Notes: generated from the letters alone by a model not told the origin. 64,000 nucleotides of DNA from Octopus vulgaris (GCA_951406725.2 OX597815.1:159216001-159280000), one strand, 5' to 3'; positions 1 to 11,466 are shown, counted from the first letter of the stretch. A program made the numbers and translations.

Positions 1-1044
1 GCAACCTTGCTGGAGCATCACCTGGAAGAACTTTTAGTCGAATGAAGCAATCCCAGTACTTATTCTTTCTTTTTAAAACAGCGTACTTCGGTATCTTTTA
101 CCAAACTGCAAAGTTTCGGGAACACAAACAAACCAACACCGGTTATCAAGTGGTGCTAGGAACACACACACACACACACGCACACATATATGATAGGTTT
201 CTTTCAGTTTCTGTCTACCAAACCCACTCACAAGGTTTTGGTCAGTGCAAGGCTATAGTAGAATACACTTGCCCAAGTTGCCATGCAGTGAGACTGAACC
301 CAGGACAATGTAGTTGAGAAGCAGGCTTCTTACCACACAACCACACCTTGCCTTTTTAAAATTTTTTTAAAAGGACACCTCGGATATTGTGCTCTAAAAC
401 ACACTATTCCAGAATGACAGTATGTGGAATACTTTTTGGATCAAAGGTCTAAAAGATTAGAATCAGAGATAACTTTGAGCTAAAGTGCAACAAGAACAAC
501 AACAACCACAAGGATATAGTAGAATGATAAGAACTCAATCATCATTATAGTTTAAAATTAGAGATGTTGCAAAGAAGAAAACCATTGAATGTTAGAGTTA
601 TGAAAGATTAAAATACAACACACCACACACCCACCAACCAACCAAACTTATCATCATTTAATCTTACAATAAACATTTCTCATTTACAGTAGCCACAAAA
701 CTTGTCTAGATTATATCACTAACCAGTATTTCTTAATCTTTAGGGGTGGTCTCATGGAATCTTTACACAGAAACACATATAGTGTAAATATTAAGAAAAA
801 AAACACAAAACAAAACAAAACAAAAAAGAAAACAAAAACAAAAACAAAAATCAATGAAAAAATTTAAAGAAAAGAGTAAGTAAAAATAGATGGAAGGGTA
901 AGGGAAAGGAGAAGAGGGGTGAGGGGAAGAAGTTTCTGCTTAAACTGGTTGCAAAATTGTTTAGTGTGACAATGAAAAATTATAAAGAGGAACTCATAAG
1001 AAAATATCACTGCAACAGTTTATGTACACGTCTGTGTGTATGGA

Positions 1045-1104
1045 TACACACACATATATATATATACAAACACGCATGTATATATACGTGTGTGTGTGTG
1101 TGTG

Positions 1105-1153
<49 letters not shown>

Positions 1154-1194
1154 TCATCATCATTGTTTAACGTTTGCCTTCCATGCTAGCATGG

Positions 1195-1225
<31 letters not shown>

Positions 1226-1268
1226 GATGTATTTATACATATATATATTTATTGATGTATATATAATG

Positions 1269-1320
<52 letters not shown>

Positions 1321-1436
1321 AATATACACACACATATATACACATATATAAGTATGTATGTATGTATACACATAACCATGCGTATATACATATAGACTTT
1401 ATAGACATGATATTACATATACATATGCGTATATAA

Positions 1437-1470
<34 letters not shown>

Positions 1471-1701
1471 AATTATACACATCACTACATGCACATACAT
1501 TGAAAGACATATTATTACATTTCACACACACACACGCATGCACATTCACAAGCACAACATAAATATTACACAGATGGAAACAATTTTCCATGAAAGTGAA
1601 CAAAAAAAAGCGACCAGACTGTTGATAAATGGAAAACAAAATAATACAAGCTTGAAAATAAAATACACATACAGGGAGAGAGAGAGAAAGAGAGAGATGG
1701 T

Positions 1702-1750
<49 letters not shown>
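1045..1750. repeat. Compound microsatellite field (TA)n/(TG)n/(CA)n/(GA)n
   Basis: Directly visible; it gives rise to the spurious YIYI/CVCV/RERE ORFs. Confidence 0.95.
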
Positions 1751-1752
<2 letters not shown>

Positions 1753-2822
1753 GAAAACACATACAATACAATGATGAATAGGGGTGGGTGTATTAGAAAA
1801 AAAAAATCCACAACAGCGACTATGATGACAACAACAACAACAGCAACAACGACAAACTACTTATGAAGATGATGAGTACAAAACCAGTTCTTTAGCAAAA
1901 CGGTAGTTTATTTGAAAATTCTCTGAGTGTGTATTTTTAAGAGTGATTTGAAGAGCCAGAGTTAAATATGTCAACATTTATTAAATAAATTTTATTTGGA
2001 GTTGGTTTGTTTGTACAAAAAAAAAATGATAACAAAAAAACCAAACAAACAAACACTGATGAGGTTTCTGGACAGAAAGGGATCTGAATCTGTTCATGTT
2101 CCCTGTGAACAACAATATCAGAGGTCCTAGCTTAAATAACACTGAAAGACATAGTCATGGTGGTGGTTGTGGGATTTGGTAGACTGGAATCATTAAATTA
2201 GAATAGGAGGAATAAATTAGTTATCAGAATCACCCAAATCAGGGTTCCCCTACTGCTGGGGCTGCAGTAGATCACTTAGTATTGAACTGTACTCTTACCC
2301 TTTTACTCTTTTATTTTGTTTCAGTCACTTGACTGTGGCCATGCTGGAGCACAGCCTTTAGTTGAACAAATCAACCCCAGTACTTATTTCCTTTTTAAGC
2401 CTGGTTCTATTGGTCTTTTTTGTTGAACTGCAATGTTACTGGGGCAATAGCACACCAACACCAGTTGTGTAAGAAAATACTTGGTATTCTGTCTGATAAC
2501 TGATTTAGCCATCCACTACCATAAATTATCAATATACATATAACTGTACTTCAGCAGAAGAAATTTTTTTTTTTCATTGCCCACAAAGGGTTAAACATAG
2601 AAGGGACAAACAAGGACAAACAAAGGGATTAAGTCGATTACATTGACCTCAGTGCACAACTGGTACTTAATTTAAAGCAAAGTCAACCTCGGCAGAATTT
2701 GAACTCAGAATGTAAGGACAGATGAAATACCGCTAAGCATTTCGCCCAGTATGCTAACGTTTCTGCCAGCTCGCTGCCTTCCAGCAGAAGACATTTGTCC
2801 AAGGTGTTAAGCAGTGGCATTG

Positions 2823-3277
2823 AAAAATTCTTGATGTTGACAAAAAAGTGTAAACACACCAAGTCAGTCTAGAGCACCCCCTACCCAGACTGATGGATGC
2901 ATGCATTTCAGAGTAGTTATCTCCTCTTCAGAATCAAAACTAGAAAGGAGGCACTGCGAGCTGACTACTAGAGTGTGAGGTCTCACTTATTATATTCCAT
3001 TCAAAGTGCTGTGACTGATTGAGCTAAATGGCAGTCCGGCCATAGTAAAATATAAAATGAAAGTGGTAAGCAGTGATGCAAGCAAATATAAACTTGTCAC
3101 CAGTTCAAATATGCTTCAAACATATTCCAATCCATAAGTAATTCATTCACCGCATTTTGTCACAAAGAAAAAAATTCTTGCTGTGAACAAAAAGATGAAT
3201 CACACCAAGTCAGTCTGGAGCACCCCCTAACCAGATTGATGGATTCATGCATTTTGGAGAGGTTATCTCCTATTCAG
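2823..3277 (-). mobile_element. Retrozyme-like / Penelope pLTR-like unit: ~110-bp direct repeats (2823-2931, 3170-3277), each ending in a hammerhead
   Basis: Direct repeat with ~346-nt period, hammerheads in the same orientation, no long ORF between them. Confidence 0.65.
2888..2938 (-). ncRNA. Type I minimal hammerhead ribozyme motif (copy 1)
   Basis: Minus strand reads UGAUU-CUGAAGA-GGAG-auaacua-CUCU-GAAA-UGCAUGCA-UC^CAUCA. Core boxes are intact, stem III is palindromic and the cleavage triplet is AUC. There is a G-U at the base of stem II and one mismatch in stem I. Confidence 0.8.
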
Positions 3278-3280
3278 TCA
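3234..3280 (-). ncRNA. Degenerate hammerhead ribozyme motif (copy 2)
   Basis: Minus strand reads CUGAAUA-GGAG-auaaccu-CUCC-AAAA-UGCAUGAA-UC^CAUCA. It is a paralogue of copy 1 with two core substitutions. Confidence 0.65.
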
Positions 3281-3579
3281 AACTTCTGTACAGATTTCAT
3301 ACTTCAAACTCCACTCACAAGTTATTAGTCACAGAAGGGCATCCAGCTGTAGAAACACTGCCAGATCAGACTGGAGCCTGGTGCAGCCTCCCGGCTCCCC
3401 AGACCCTGGTCGAACCGTCCAACCCATGCTAGCATGGGAAACGGACGTTAAACGATGATGATAATGATGATGATGAAGTTGTAGTAAGTAGAAGACACTT
3501 GTCTAAGTTACCATCTATTGAAAGATAAAACTACTAATTGAACACAATACAAAAATGAGGGAAGAAAAACATTACTGAC

Positions 3580-4601
3580 CTGTAGACAAGTTATCTTCAG
3601 GAGATAATAATGGTTTGACATCATCTTCCCAAAGGAATCTGAGAGATGAAAATGTATTTTGTTTTTGTACTGTCTCTTTTTCCATTATTCTTTTATATTC
3701 TGACCAATTTTTAGCATCACTCTTAGATTTGCCAGTTGGCTTCTGAAAAGAATATTTCAAAGGTTCATTTCTGAATAAACAGTGCTGTGTTGTGCGGAAA
3801 TATTTATGTCGACACATTACAGTCTCTCGATATTCTTGGACATTAAAAATATGCTCTCTTGATTGTAAAGGTTCTCCTAAAAGTGCGGTTACTATGTCAT
3901 CATTTGGTGGCGTAAAATGCACTAACAGCTGGCCACCAATGTTAGGTATATTATATTCACTAAAATCCCAACTACGGTGGCTTGTATTCATACCTGTAGA
4001 ATCACAATCATTTAGGTCATCAACACTTCCCGCGTACAAATTCCTCTGCGAATAATTTTCCACAAGAGGCAAATCGTTCACATCCATGCATTCTTTCATT
4101 TTGATCACATTGCTTTTGTTTTCAATTGTTAGTGACTCGATATTCTGAGCAACTTCTCCATTTCCACAATTTACATCAAGCTTGTCCTTTTTATTACACT
4201 TCATTTCAATATCATTATTTCCTAAAGTATTTATTAGATGAGTTAAGTTGGTTTGCCATACAGTCTTCTCAGAACATACTCCAGTCTCAGAATTCCTTAA
4301 AGAGTTTTCATTACTACTAGCAGATTCATTTTGATTAGTACTGGCACTCGAGTTAGGCAGTTTGGCATCTAATGTCCTGTCCTCTTTCAATGTGAGCTTG
4401 ATGTCTGCATCATTTTTTTCAGATTTATGGTTGGAATCAGCACACCGGATTTTCTTAGCTTGATTTATTTCAGACAATCTTTTAGTTTCTTCCAGATCCT
4501 CTTCATCAGAACTTGAAGTGTACTGTTCATAATTACATTTGCGCTTTTTTTTAACATACTGGTTAAGGTTCATTGTCCTTTCATATGTTGCAAATTGTGA
4601 C
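3580..4601 (-). CDS. TSEN54: TSEN54 coding exon 6 (large exon; gene continues left of it)
   Basis: Lies within ORF 3572..4615. Acceptor tttgtttctag with a phase-2 start compatible with exon 5; donor ACAG|gtcagt. YERTMNL, WDFSEYNIPNI, KNWSEYK and LWEDDVKPLLSP resemble recalled TSEN54 YERQLNL, WNFEQISFPNM, WREYK and LWGQPVTPLLSP. I found no C-terminal exons in 1-3579. Confidence 0.9.
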
Positions 4602-5336
4602 CTAGAAACAAACAAGTAAATACATTAGTAAATCCAGATAGATTGAATTCAAGGAATATCACAGATATTTCAATTATTTTTCACAGCCTCGTGACAAAAA
4701 CAGATCTAGTAATAGGTTAATTTGGTGCTTGGATTGATAAAGCTTATTTGCAACCCAACTTAATACTAAAATGGCCAAAAGCACTGATTATGAATGTTTA
4801 GGTCAATGCTGCATAAGTAGATATGCCAATTTGTCTTTAGATATATCTCTCACTGAAAACATTCATAAAATAGTACAACAAAACATAAGAAATACATAGA
4901 TCTATTTCCTTACAAATTTTGGCAAATAGTGGTTTGTATCTCTTGTGTTTCAGTCTTAGAACTGCAGACATGCTAGGACATTGTCTTGACAGGTGTAGTT
5001 GACCAAATCGACTCCAGTACTTATTTTTAAAGCCTGTACTTATTCTGTCGGTCTCTTATTGCTAAACCATTAATATACAGCAATGTAGGCAAAGCAGCTG
5101 AGTGATGGCCAAGTGATGGAAGAGACAAACACAAATACACAGATACACACACACACAAGCAAGCACATAAAATGAAAAACAAGGTGGAAAAAATAGTACT
5201 TGAATGCTAAATGTAGAGTAATATAATGTTTATTAAGGCTGAAAAATCTTAGTGCACATTTTTTTTAGCATTAATAAATAGGATATATACATATATATAT
5301 ATATAATTATTATCTGAGGGAATAAAATCCAAACTT

Positions 5337-5391
<55 letters not shown>

Positions 5392-5446
5392 TATATTTTT
5401 ATTTTTTTTCAAATAATATATATTATATTTTTCATAGCATTTTTCC

Positions 5447-5524
5447 GATGGCCAGATAACTGAAGAGATGACGGCGTGGATTTCCACCTCAGCATCCGAA
5501 ACTCGGAGTTTTATCATGGCTACC
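5447..5524 (+). ncRNA. Type I hammerhead ribozyme motif (unrelated family)
   Basis: GCCA-GAUAA-CUGAAGA-GAUG...CAUC-C-GAAA-CUCGGAG-UU^UUAUC-A-UGGC. Stem I is GCCAGAUAA/UUAUC(A)UGGC, stem II is long with an inner GUGG/CCAC hairpin, and stem III is quasi-palindromic. Confidence 0.75.
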
Positions 5525-5948
5525 GAATAATTGTCACATATTATATTTACAGATATATATATATCGATGCACAGGCATGGCTGTATGTGAAAGAAGCTTG
5601 CTTCTCAACCACATTTTTCCAGGTTCAGTCCCACTGCATGGCATCTTGGGCAAGTGTCTTCTACTATAGCCTCGGGGTGACCACAGCCCTGTGAGTGGAT
5701 TTGGGAGACGGAATCTGAAAGAAGCCCATCATGTATGTATGTACAATGCTCTTAGCTTAGTTTTCCTAGGGGCTGGCCAGACTGGAGCAATCTCAAGATT
5801 AATCAGCTGAAATTGCAAGGATGATCCGGTTCTTAACTGAGGATAGAAAGCTTCAAATGACCCGTCCTTGTTTGTTTGTATCGTCTATCTGGATGTTTTG
5901 TTGTCCCTTTTTGTATCACCTACTTGTCCGGATGTTTATATATATATA

Positions 5949-6247
5949 TGGAGGCGCAATGGCCTAGTGGTTAGGGCAGCAGACTCGCGGTCGTAGGATC
6001 GCGGTTTCGATTCCCAGAACGGGCGTTGTGAGTGTTTATTGAGCGAAAACACCTAAAGCTCCATGAGGCTCCGGCAGGGCGGTGGCGATCCCTGCTGTTC
6101 TCTTTTGCCACAACTTTCTCTCACTCTTTCTTCGGTTGGCCTGCTTGCTTAGCCGGCGGGGTGGCATCATTTGAAGGCTAAAACAATGCGAACGCATTGT
6201 GACCAGCGGTGTGTAACAACATCTGATGGTCTGGTCGGTCTCGTGAT

Positions 6248-6254
<7 letters not shown>
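5949..6254 (+). mobile_element. tRNA-derived SINE family D (young, CpG-retaining)
   Basis: Box A TGGCCTAGTGG and box B GGTTTCGATTCC; embedded in (TA)n. A second copy of the head and body is at 15732-15995. Confidence 0.85.
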
Positions 6255-6287
<33 letters not shown>

Positions 6288-6290
<3 letters not shown>

Positions 6291-7962
6291 AGTCAGTGAA
6301 GAATTCTGGGTAGAGGTTGGGGTCCACCAAGGTTCAGTCCCCTCCTATTTATCATAGTCCTCCAGGCAATAACGGAGGAATTCAAGACAGGGTGCCCCTG
6401 GGAGCTCCTCTATGCTGATGACCTTACTCCAATTGCTGAGTCACTATCAGAACTGGAGGAGAAGTTTCAGGTGTGGAAGCAAGGTTTAGAATCGAAGGGC
6501 CTTAGAATCAACCTAGCCAAAACCAAAGTCCTAATAAGTAGGAAGGTAGACCAATCACAAACGCCTTTAGGTAGATGGCCCTGCTTGATCTGTAAAAAAG
6601 TTTCAGGTAGAAGCTCTATAAGGTGCACCAAGTGTAAGCTATGAACACATAAGAGGTGCAGCAATGTCAAAGGAAAGCTAACTAGGAAAATAGTTTTTGT
6701 GTGTGGCAGATGCTCAGGAGCAATAAACACTGAAAATGTGCAGAGACCAACTTCTACCATGTTCCAGGGAGAAAAACTAGAAGTAGTTGATAGCTTCCGC
6801 TACCTAGGTGACCAAGTCAGTAGTGGGGGTGAGTGTGTTGAAAGTGTAACTGCTAGAGTAAGAATAGCCTGGGCTAAGTTCAGAGAGCTCTTACCCCTGC
6901 TGTTACAAAAGGCCTCTTGCTCAGAGTAAAAGGCAGACTGTATGATGCATATGTACGAATAGCCATGCTACATGGTAGTGAAACATGGGCTGTGACTGCT
7001 GAGGATATGCGTAAGCTCGCAAGAAATGAAGCCAGTATGCTCCGATGGATGTGTAATGTCAGTGTTCATAATCGACAGAGTGTAAGTACCTTGAGAGAAA
7101 AGTTGGACCTAAGAAGCATCAGTTGTGGTGTGCAAGAGAGACGTTTGCGCTGGTATGGTCATGTGATGAGAATGGCTGAAGATAGTTGTGTGCAAAAGTG
7201 CCACACCCTAGCTGTTGAGGGAACCTGTGGAAGAAGTAGACCCGGGAAAACCTGGGACGAGGTGGTGAAGCATGACCTTCGAACTTTAGGTCTCACCAAG
7301 GAAATGACTAGAGACCGAGACCTATGGAAGTATGCTGTGCGTGAGAAGACCTGGCAAGACTAGTGAGACCATAACCCGTGGCCTCTACCTGGTATGTAGC
7401 CAGTCGACTTATACATACCTTTCCTTCTTGGGACACAAAACTCCACTTGTGAAGACCCGTTGAGGCAAGTGAAAATCAAAATCAAAATCAAAATCAAACC
7501 AAATCAAATCAGATATCAGAAAGCAGAACCAAAATCGAAGTCGATCAACATCAATGGAAATTGCAGCTGTGATACCAGTGCCGGTGACAAGTAAGCGAAC
7601 CATCCAATCGTGGCCGTTGCCAGCGCCGCCCCGACTGGCCTCCGTGCCGGTCGCACGTAAAAAGCACCATCCAATCGTGGCCGTTGACAGCCTCGCCTGG
7701 CCCCCGTGCCGGTGGCACGTAAAAAGCACCATCTGTCCGTGGCCATTTGCCAGCTCCGTCTGGCACCTGTGTGGGTGGCACGTAAAAAGCACCCACTACA
7801 CTCACGGAGTGGTTGGCGTTAGGAAGGGCATCCAGCCGTAGAATCACTGCCAGATCAGACTGGGCCTGATGCAGCCTTCTGGCTTCACAGACCCCAGTTG
7901 AACCGTCCAACCCATGCAAGCATGGAAAGCGGACGCTAAATGATGATGATGATGATGATGAT
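6288..7962 (+). mobile_element. 5'-truncated RTE-clade LINE (RT C-terminal half plus ~600-bp 3' UTR), defective
   Basis: GVHQGS, LLYADDL (YADD 6411-6422), FRYLG, HGSETW and RLRWYGHVMR motifs. Stop at 6642 and a frameshift near 6905-6917. The 3' UTR has ~60-bp tandem units and a (GAT)n tail, with (TA)n on both sides. Confidence 0.93.
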
Positions 7963-8351
7963 ATATATATATATATTTCCAAAGGCTAAGGATTAGCATC
8001 ATGCTTTGAAACTTAAAGTACCAAGGAATTTGTATCAAACTGTTGTGATCCATACATGTAACACCCAATAAATGTGCTGAGTGCCCTTCTTTCATTTGTC
8101 CACTCACTCATATATATGTATATATATTTATGTTTGTGTGTGTGTTGTCTGTCCCTCACCATCACATGACAACCGAAGTTGGTGTGTTTATGTTTCTGTA
8201 ACCTAGCGGTTCAGCAAAAGAAACAATAGGCTAAGTACTAGGCTTAGAAAGAATAAATCTTAGGGCTGATTCCTTCAACAAAAAACCCTTCAAGGCAGTG
8301 CTCCAGCATGGCCTGAAGTCAAATGACTGAAACACGTAAAAGAATAAGAGA

Positions 8352-8393
<42 letters not shown>

Positions 8394-9439
8394 ACATATA
8401 TATATACACACATGCACACGACAGGCTTCTTTCAGTTCCTGTCTACTAAGTCCACTCACAAGGCTTTGATCAAACCTTGGGCTAAAGTCAAAGACATTTG
8501 CCCAAATGTCATGGAGTGGGAATGAACCTGGAACCATGTGGTTGGAAGCAAGCTTCTTACCCACACAGCCACGCCTACACCTATGAAAATACTTTTTTCT
8601 TTTTTTTTAAACCAAAGAAAGGACCAGCTTCTGAAATATTAGGAGCCTGCAGTTGAAACTTCAGGATCTTCTTCTCACAGTACACTAACTTATTCCATTA
8701 TAGGAACATTATAAAGGAATCCATCTTGTCAGGTAATGTACAGTGATTACAGAAAGAAATAGGCTGTCACAGTGTTAAAAAAGAAAAGAAAAAAAATTAT
8801 AACAAATGATTATAAACAAAAAGGAGGCCCGGCCAGGAAAGATATAAACACAAGTTAGATGCAAAACACATTCAATAAAGGGATAGTAAAAAAAACAACA
8901 ACAACAACAAGAGGAATAAAGAATACAAATGCAATAGACATCAACAAAACCACTGGTTCTAATCAGTTAGAACAGAAAAAGAAACACACACATACACACA
9001 CACACATACACACATATATATATATATATATATATAAAATAAATAAAGGGCAATAACAAAAGAAAACTGACAGCTGTGAGAGGGTGGGGACTTATTTTTA
9101 CTAAAGAGATTTATGATGATAACAACAGTTAAATGTGAAGAGATAAGCTGGTAAGGGAGTGCAGTAAATTAACTGTATCCTTAAGTCTTTGTACAAATGT
9201 CAGGAGAAGCCAGCATTGTTCTTGTAGAAGGCCAAGCAGTAGTAACTTGAGCAAAGATGTAGTGCTGGGCATTCTTGTTAGCAGCTTTCTACCAATGTAA
9301 TGGCATGATATGTGGGCAGCTATGTATTTGGGAGTAAAAACAACAATAAATAGAAGAAAACAAAACAAGAAACAACTTCAGTTCTTCTTCTAATGTTACC
9401 AAGTATGTCTCGCTAACATAACCCTCTAATACCTGTTAT

Positions 9440-9832
9440 ACTCTTTACTCTTTTTACTTGTTTCAGTCAGTTGACTGCGGCCATGCTGGAGCATGCCTTT
9501 AGTCGAGCAACTCGACCCCGGGACGTATTCTTTTGTAAGCCCAGTACTTATTCTATCGGTCTCTTTTGCCGAACCGTTAAGTGAAGGGGACATAAACACA
9601 CCAGCATCAGTTGTCAAGCAATGCTAGGGGGACAAACACAGACACACACACACATATATATATATATACGACGGGCTTCTTTCAGTTTCCGTCTACCAAA
9701 TCCACTCACAAGGCTTTGGTCGGCCCAAGGCTATAGTAGAAGACACTTGCCCAAGGTGCCACGCAGTGGGACTGAACCCGGAACCATGTGGTTTGTAAGC
9801 AAGCTACTTACCACACAGCCACTCCTGCGCCT
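9440..9832 (-). mobile_element. tRNA-derived SINE family A (~400-450 bp, internal microsatellite), representative copy
   Basis: Head has TGGCTGTGTGG / GGTTCAGTCCC pol III-like boxes, a CCTTGGGCAAGTG core and an AAGAGTAAA tail. Other copies or fragments at approx. 1-350, 2300-2470, 4940-5160, 5572-5740, 8130-8585, 10890-11280, 11990-12400, 15520-15680, 20490-21040, 21425-21775, 43875-44270, 46460-46870, 48680-49140, 49793-50376, 50800-51215, 54365-54515, 60230-60693 and 62440-62825. Confidence 0.9.
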
Positions 9833-10210
9833 GCGTTATGCTTATTTCCATTATATCTATTTCTCTCTTTTTAAATCTTTAAAAACCCTTAAGTATTTAA
9901 CTCTGGGCCAATTGATCGGCCCAAGGGATACAAGCTGAAAGGACTTTGAGGCCAATATATTGGGCCTGATGAGACAAATGTGAATGATTGATTTTGAACT
10001 GCAATAGCCAATCAGAGATTGTCTTTCAGTACATTTTTTTTTTGTTTTTTTCACAGACACATTTATGCTTCAACACACGAATTCACATAAAGAATCTTGC
10101 AAACCAAATACAAAAACAAAATTTATGCTTATTATTTTATATATTTACATGTATTCTGTTGTTTTAGTTTTCTTATTGATATATTGTACTGTTCATAATT
10201 TTTCATAATA

Positions 10211-10870
10211 TACCATAAATCCTCGAGTATAATCTGCATTTTTTCCCCAAAATTTAATGGTCAAAATCCCTAGTGCGTACTATAAAATTTTCAACCATCT
10301 TACAAACAATAACTCTGAGCACCTTTTCAAACTCCACCCGTCTAACACCCGTGGACATATTTACAAAGTCAGAAAACAGCACAGCTCCCATGACTTTAGG
10401 AAACATTTTTTCATGCTGAGAGTTGCTGAAGCATGGAACAAACTGCCGACATCAGTTGTTAGTTGTCGGAGCACTGCATCCTTCAAAACTTCCATGCTTT
10501 CTGAGATTCGCCAACACTACACCTGATTTTCTCCCCTCCATACACACATAAGCATGTATCTGACTCATACATTGTTTGCTTTCCAGGCATTTGTACATTA
10601 CTGCATATACACTATATGCACTTTCTGACATGTTGTGGTGCACCTGAGCACTGTATACAGTAATTTAATTATTATATACAAGGTTAAAAACGAAAAATAT
10701 TTTCTAAACAAAGTCCGAGTCTCTATTTGCTGTCTGGTAATGTTTATTCAGACACGTTTTGTGATGTCGGGCGCGAAAATACCTTAAGCTAAGCCTGAAA
10801 GCAGAGCAATCACTAGTTTACTGCAATTTTCACAGCAAGAGTGACATGGGGATGTTACAGCTTTTTCAGT
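10211..10870. mobile_element. Remnant of a pogo/Tigger-like DNA transposon end interrupted by the CR1 fragment
   Basis: Begins TA-CCATAAATCCTCGAGTATAAT with a sub-terminal GCGTACTATA; the sequence appears to resume after the LINE tail. Family assignment is from recall and the right end is unclear. Confidence 0.35.
10278..10675 (+). mobile_element. 3' end of a CR1/L2-group LINE
   Basis: YKIF..NTRGH.YK..RKHFF.LRV..AWNKLP.SVV..FK is the typical CR1-group ORF2 C-terminus, followed by a short 3' UTR ending in a TTA-rich tail. Confidence 0.85.
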
Positions 10871-11466
10871 CTGCATGTCTTTTATGCTTTGCTTGTTACT
10901 GTCAATGGAGTGTGGTCATGCTGGAGCAGTACCTTGCATGGTTTAATCAAACAAATTGACCCCCGTACCTTTTTTTTTTTTTATAAGTCTGGTACTTATT
11001 ATCTCAGTCTCTTTTGCTGAACTGCTAAGTTACGGAGGCATAAATAAACCAACACAAATTGATAAAAGGCAGTGGGGAGGGAGGATAAACACAATATAAT
11101 GACAGGTGCATGCGCATGTACACACAATGGGATTCCATACAGTTTCTGATAAACCAAATTGAAACACATGGTTTTAGCCCAATGTTTATAATAGAAGACA
11201 CTTGTCCAAAGTTAGACACAGTGGAACTGAACCCAAGACCACATGGTTGGGAAGCAGAGTATTTTAACCACACTCACACATATAAATATGATGGGCTTCC
11301 ATACAGTTTCCATCTATCAAATATCACTAGCAAATTACAACAGAAAACACTTGCTGAAGTTTGTACAGTGGGATGACCATGTAAATATATAAAAAAATAA
11401 AAAAACGTCCTAACTTATAACCATGAAGGTTAGTATCTATGGTCAGACAGATAAAACAGATGGATG

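Noticed and set aside
957-1811. Several ORFs of up to 203 aa
   Set aside because: They are translations of (TA)n/(TG)n/(GA)n microsatellites (YIYI, CVCV, RERE, SLSL).
2055-2090. CTGATGA...GAAA and TGATGA...CTGA (hammerhead or C/D snoRNA)
   Set aside because: No convincing stems I-III, and the C-to-D box spacing is too short.
3572-4615. 347-aa ORF as a complete single-exon gene
   Set aside because: It has a non-ATG start, is bounded by splice sites at 4601 and 3580, and is phase-matched to upstream exons, so it is an internal TSEN54 exon.
5820-5870. CTGAGGA motif in a TA-bounded insertion as a hammerhead
   Set aside because: No properly placed GAAA box with a closing stem II and an A-U pair in stem III.
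5949-6025. tRNA gene
   Set aside because: A/B boxes are present but there is no full cloverleaf, and it continues into a repeated SINE body.
9129-9368. 79-aa ORF as a TSEN54 exon or nested gene
   Set aside because: Exons 5 and 6 already join in frame with continuous homology, and there is no recognisable motif.
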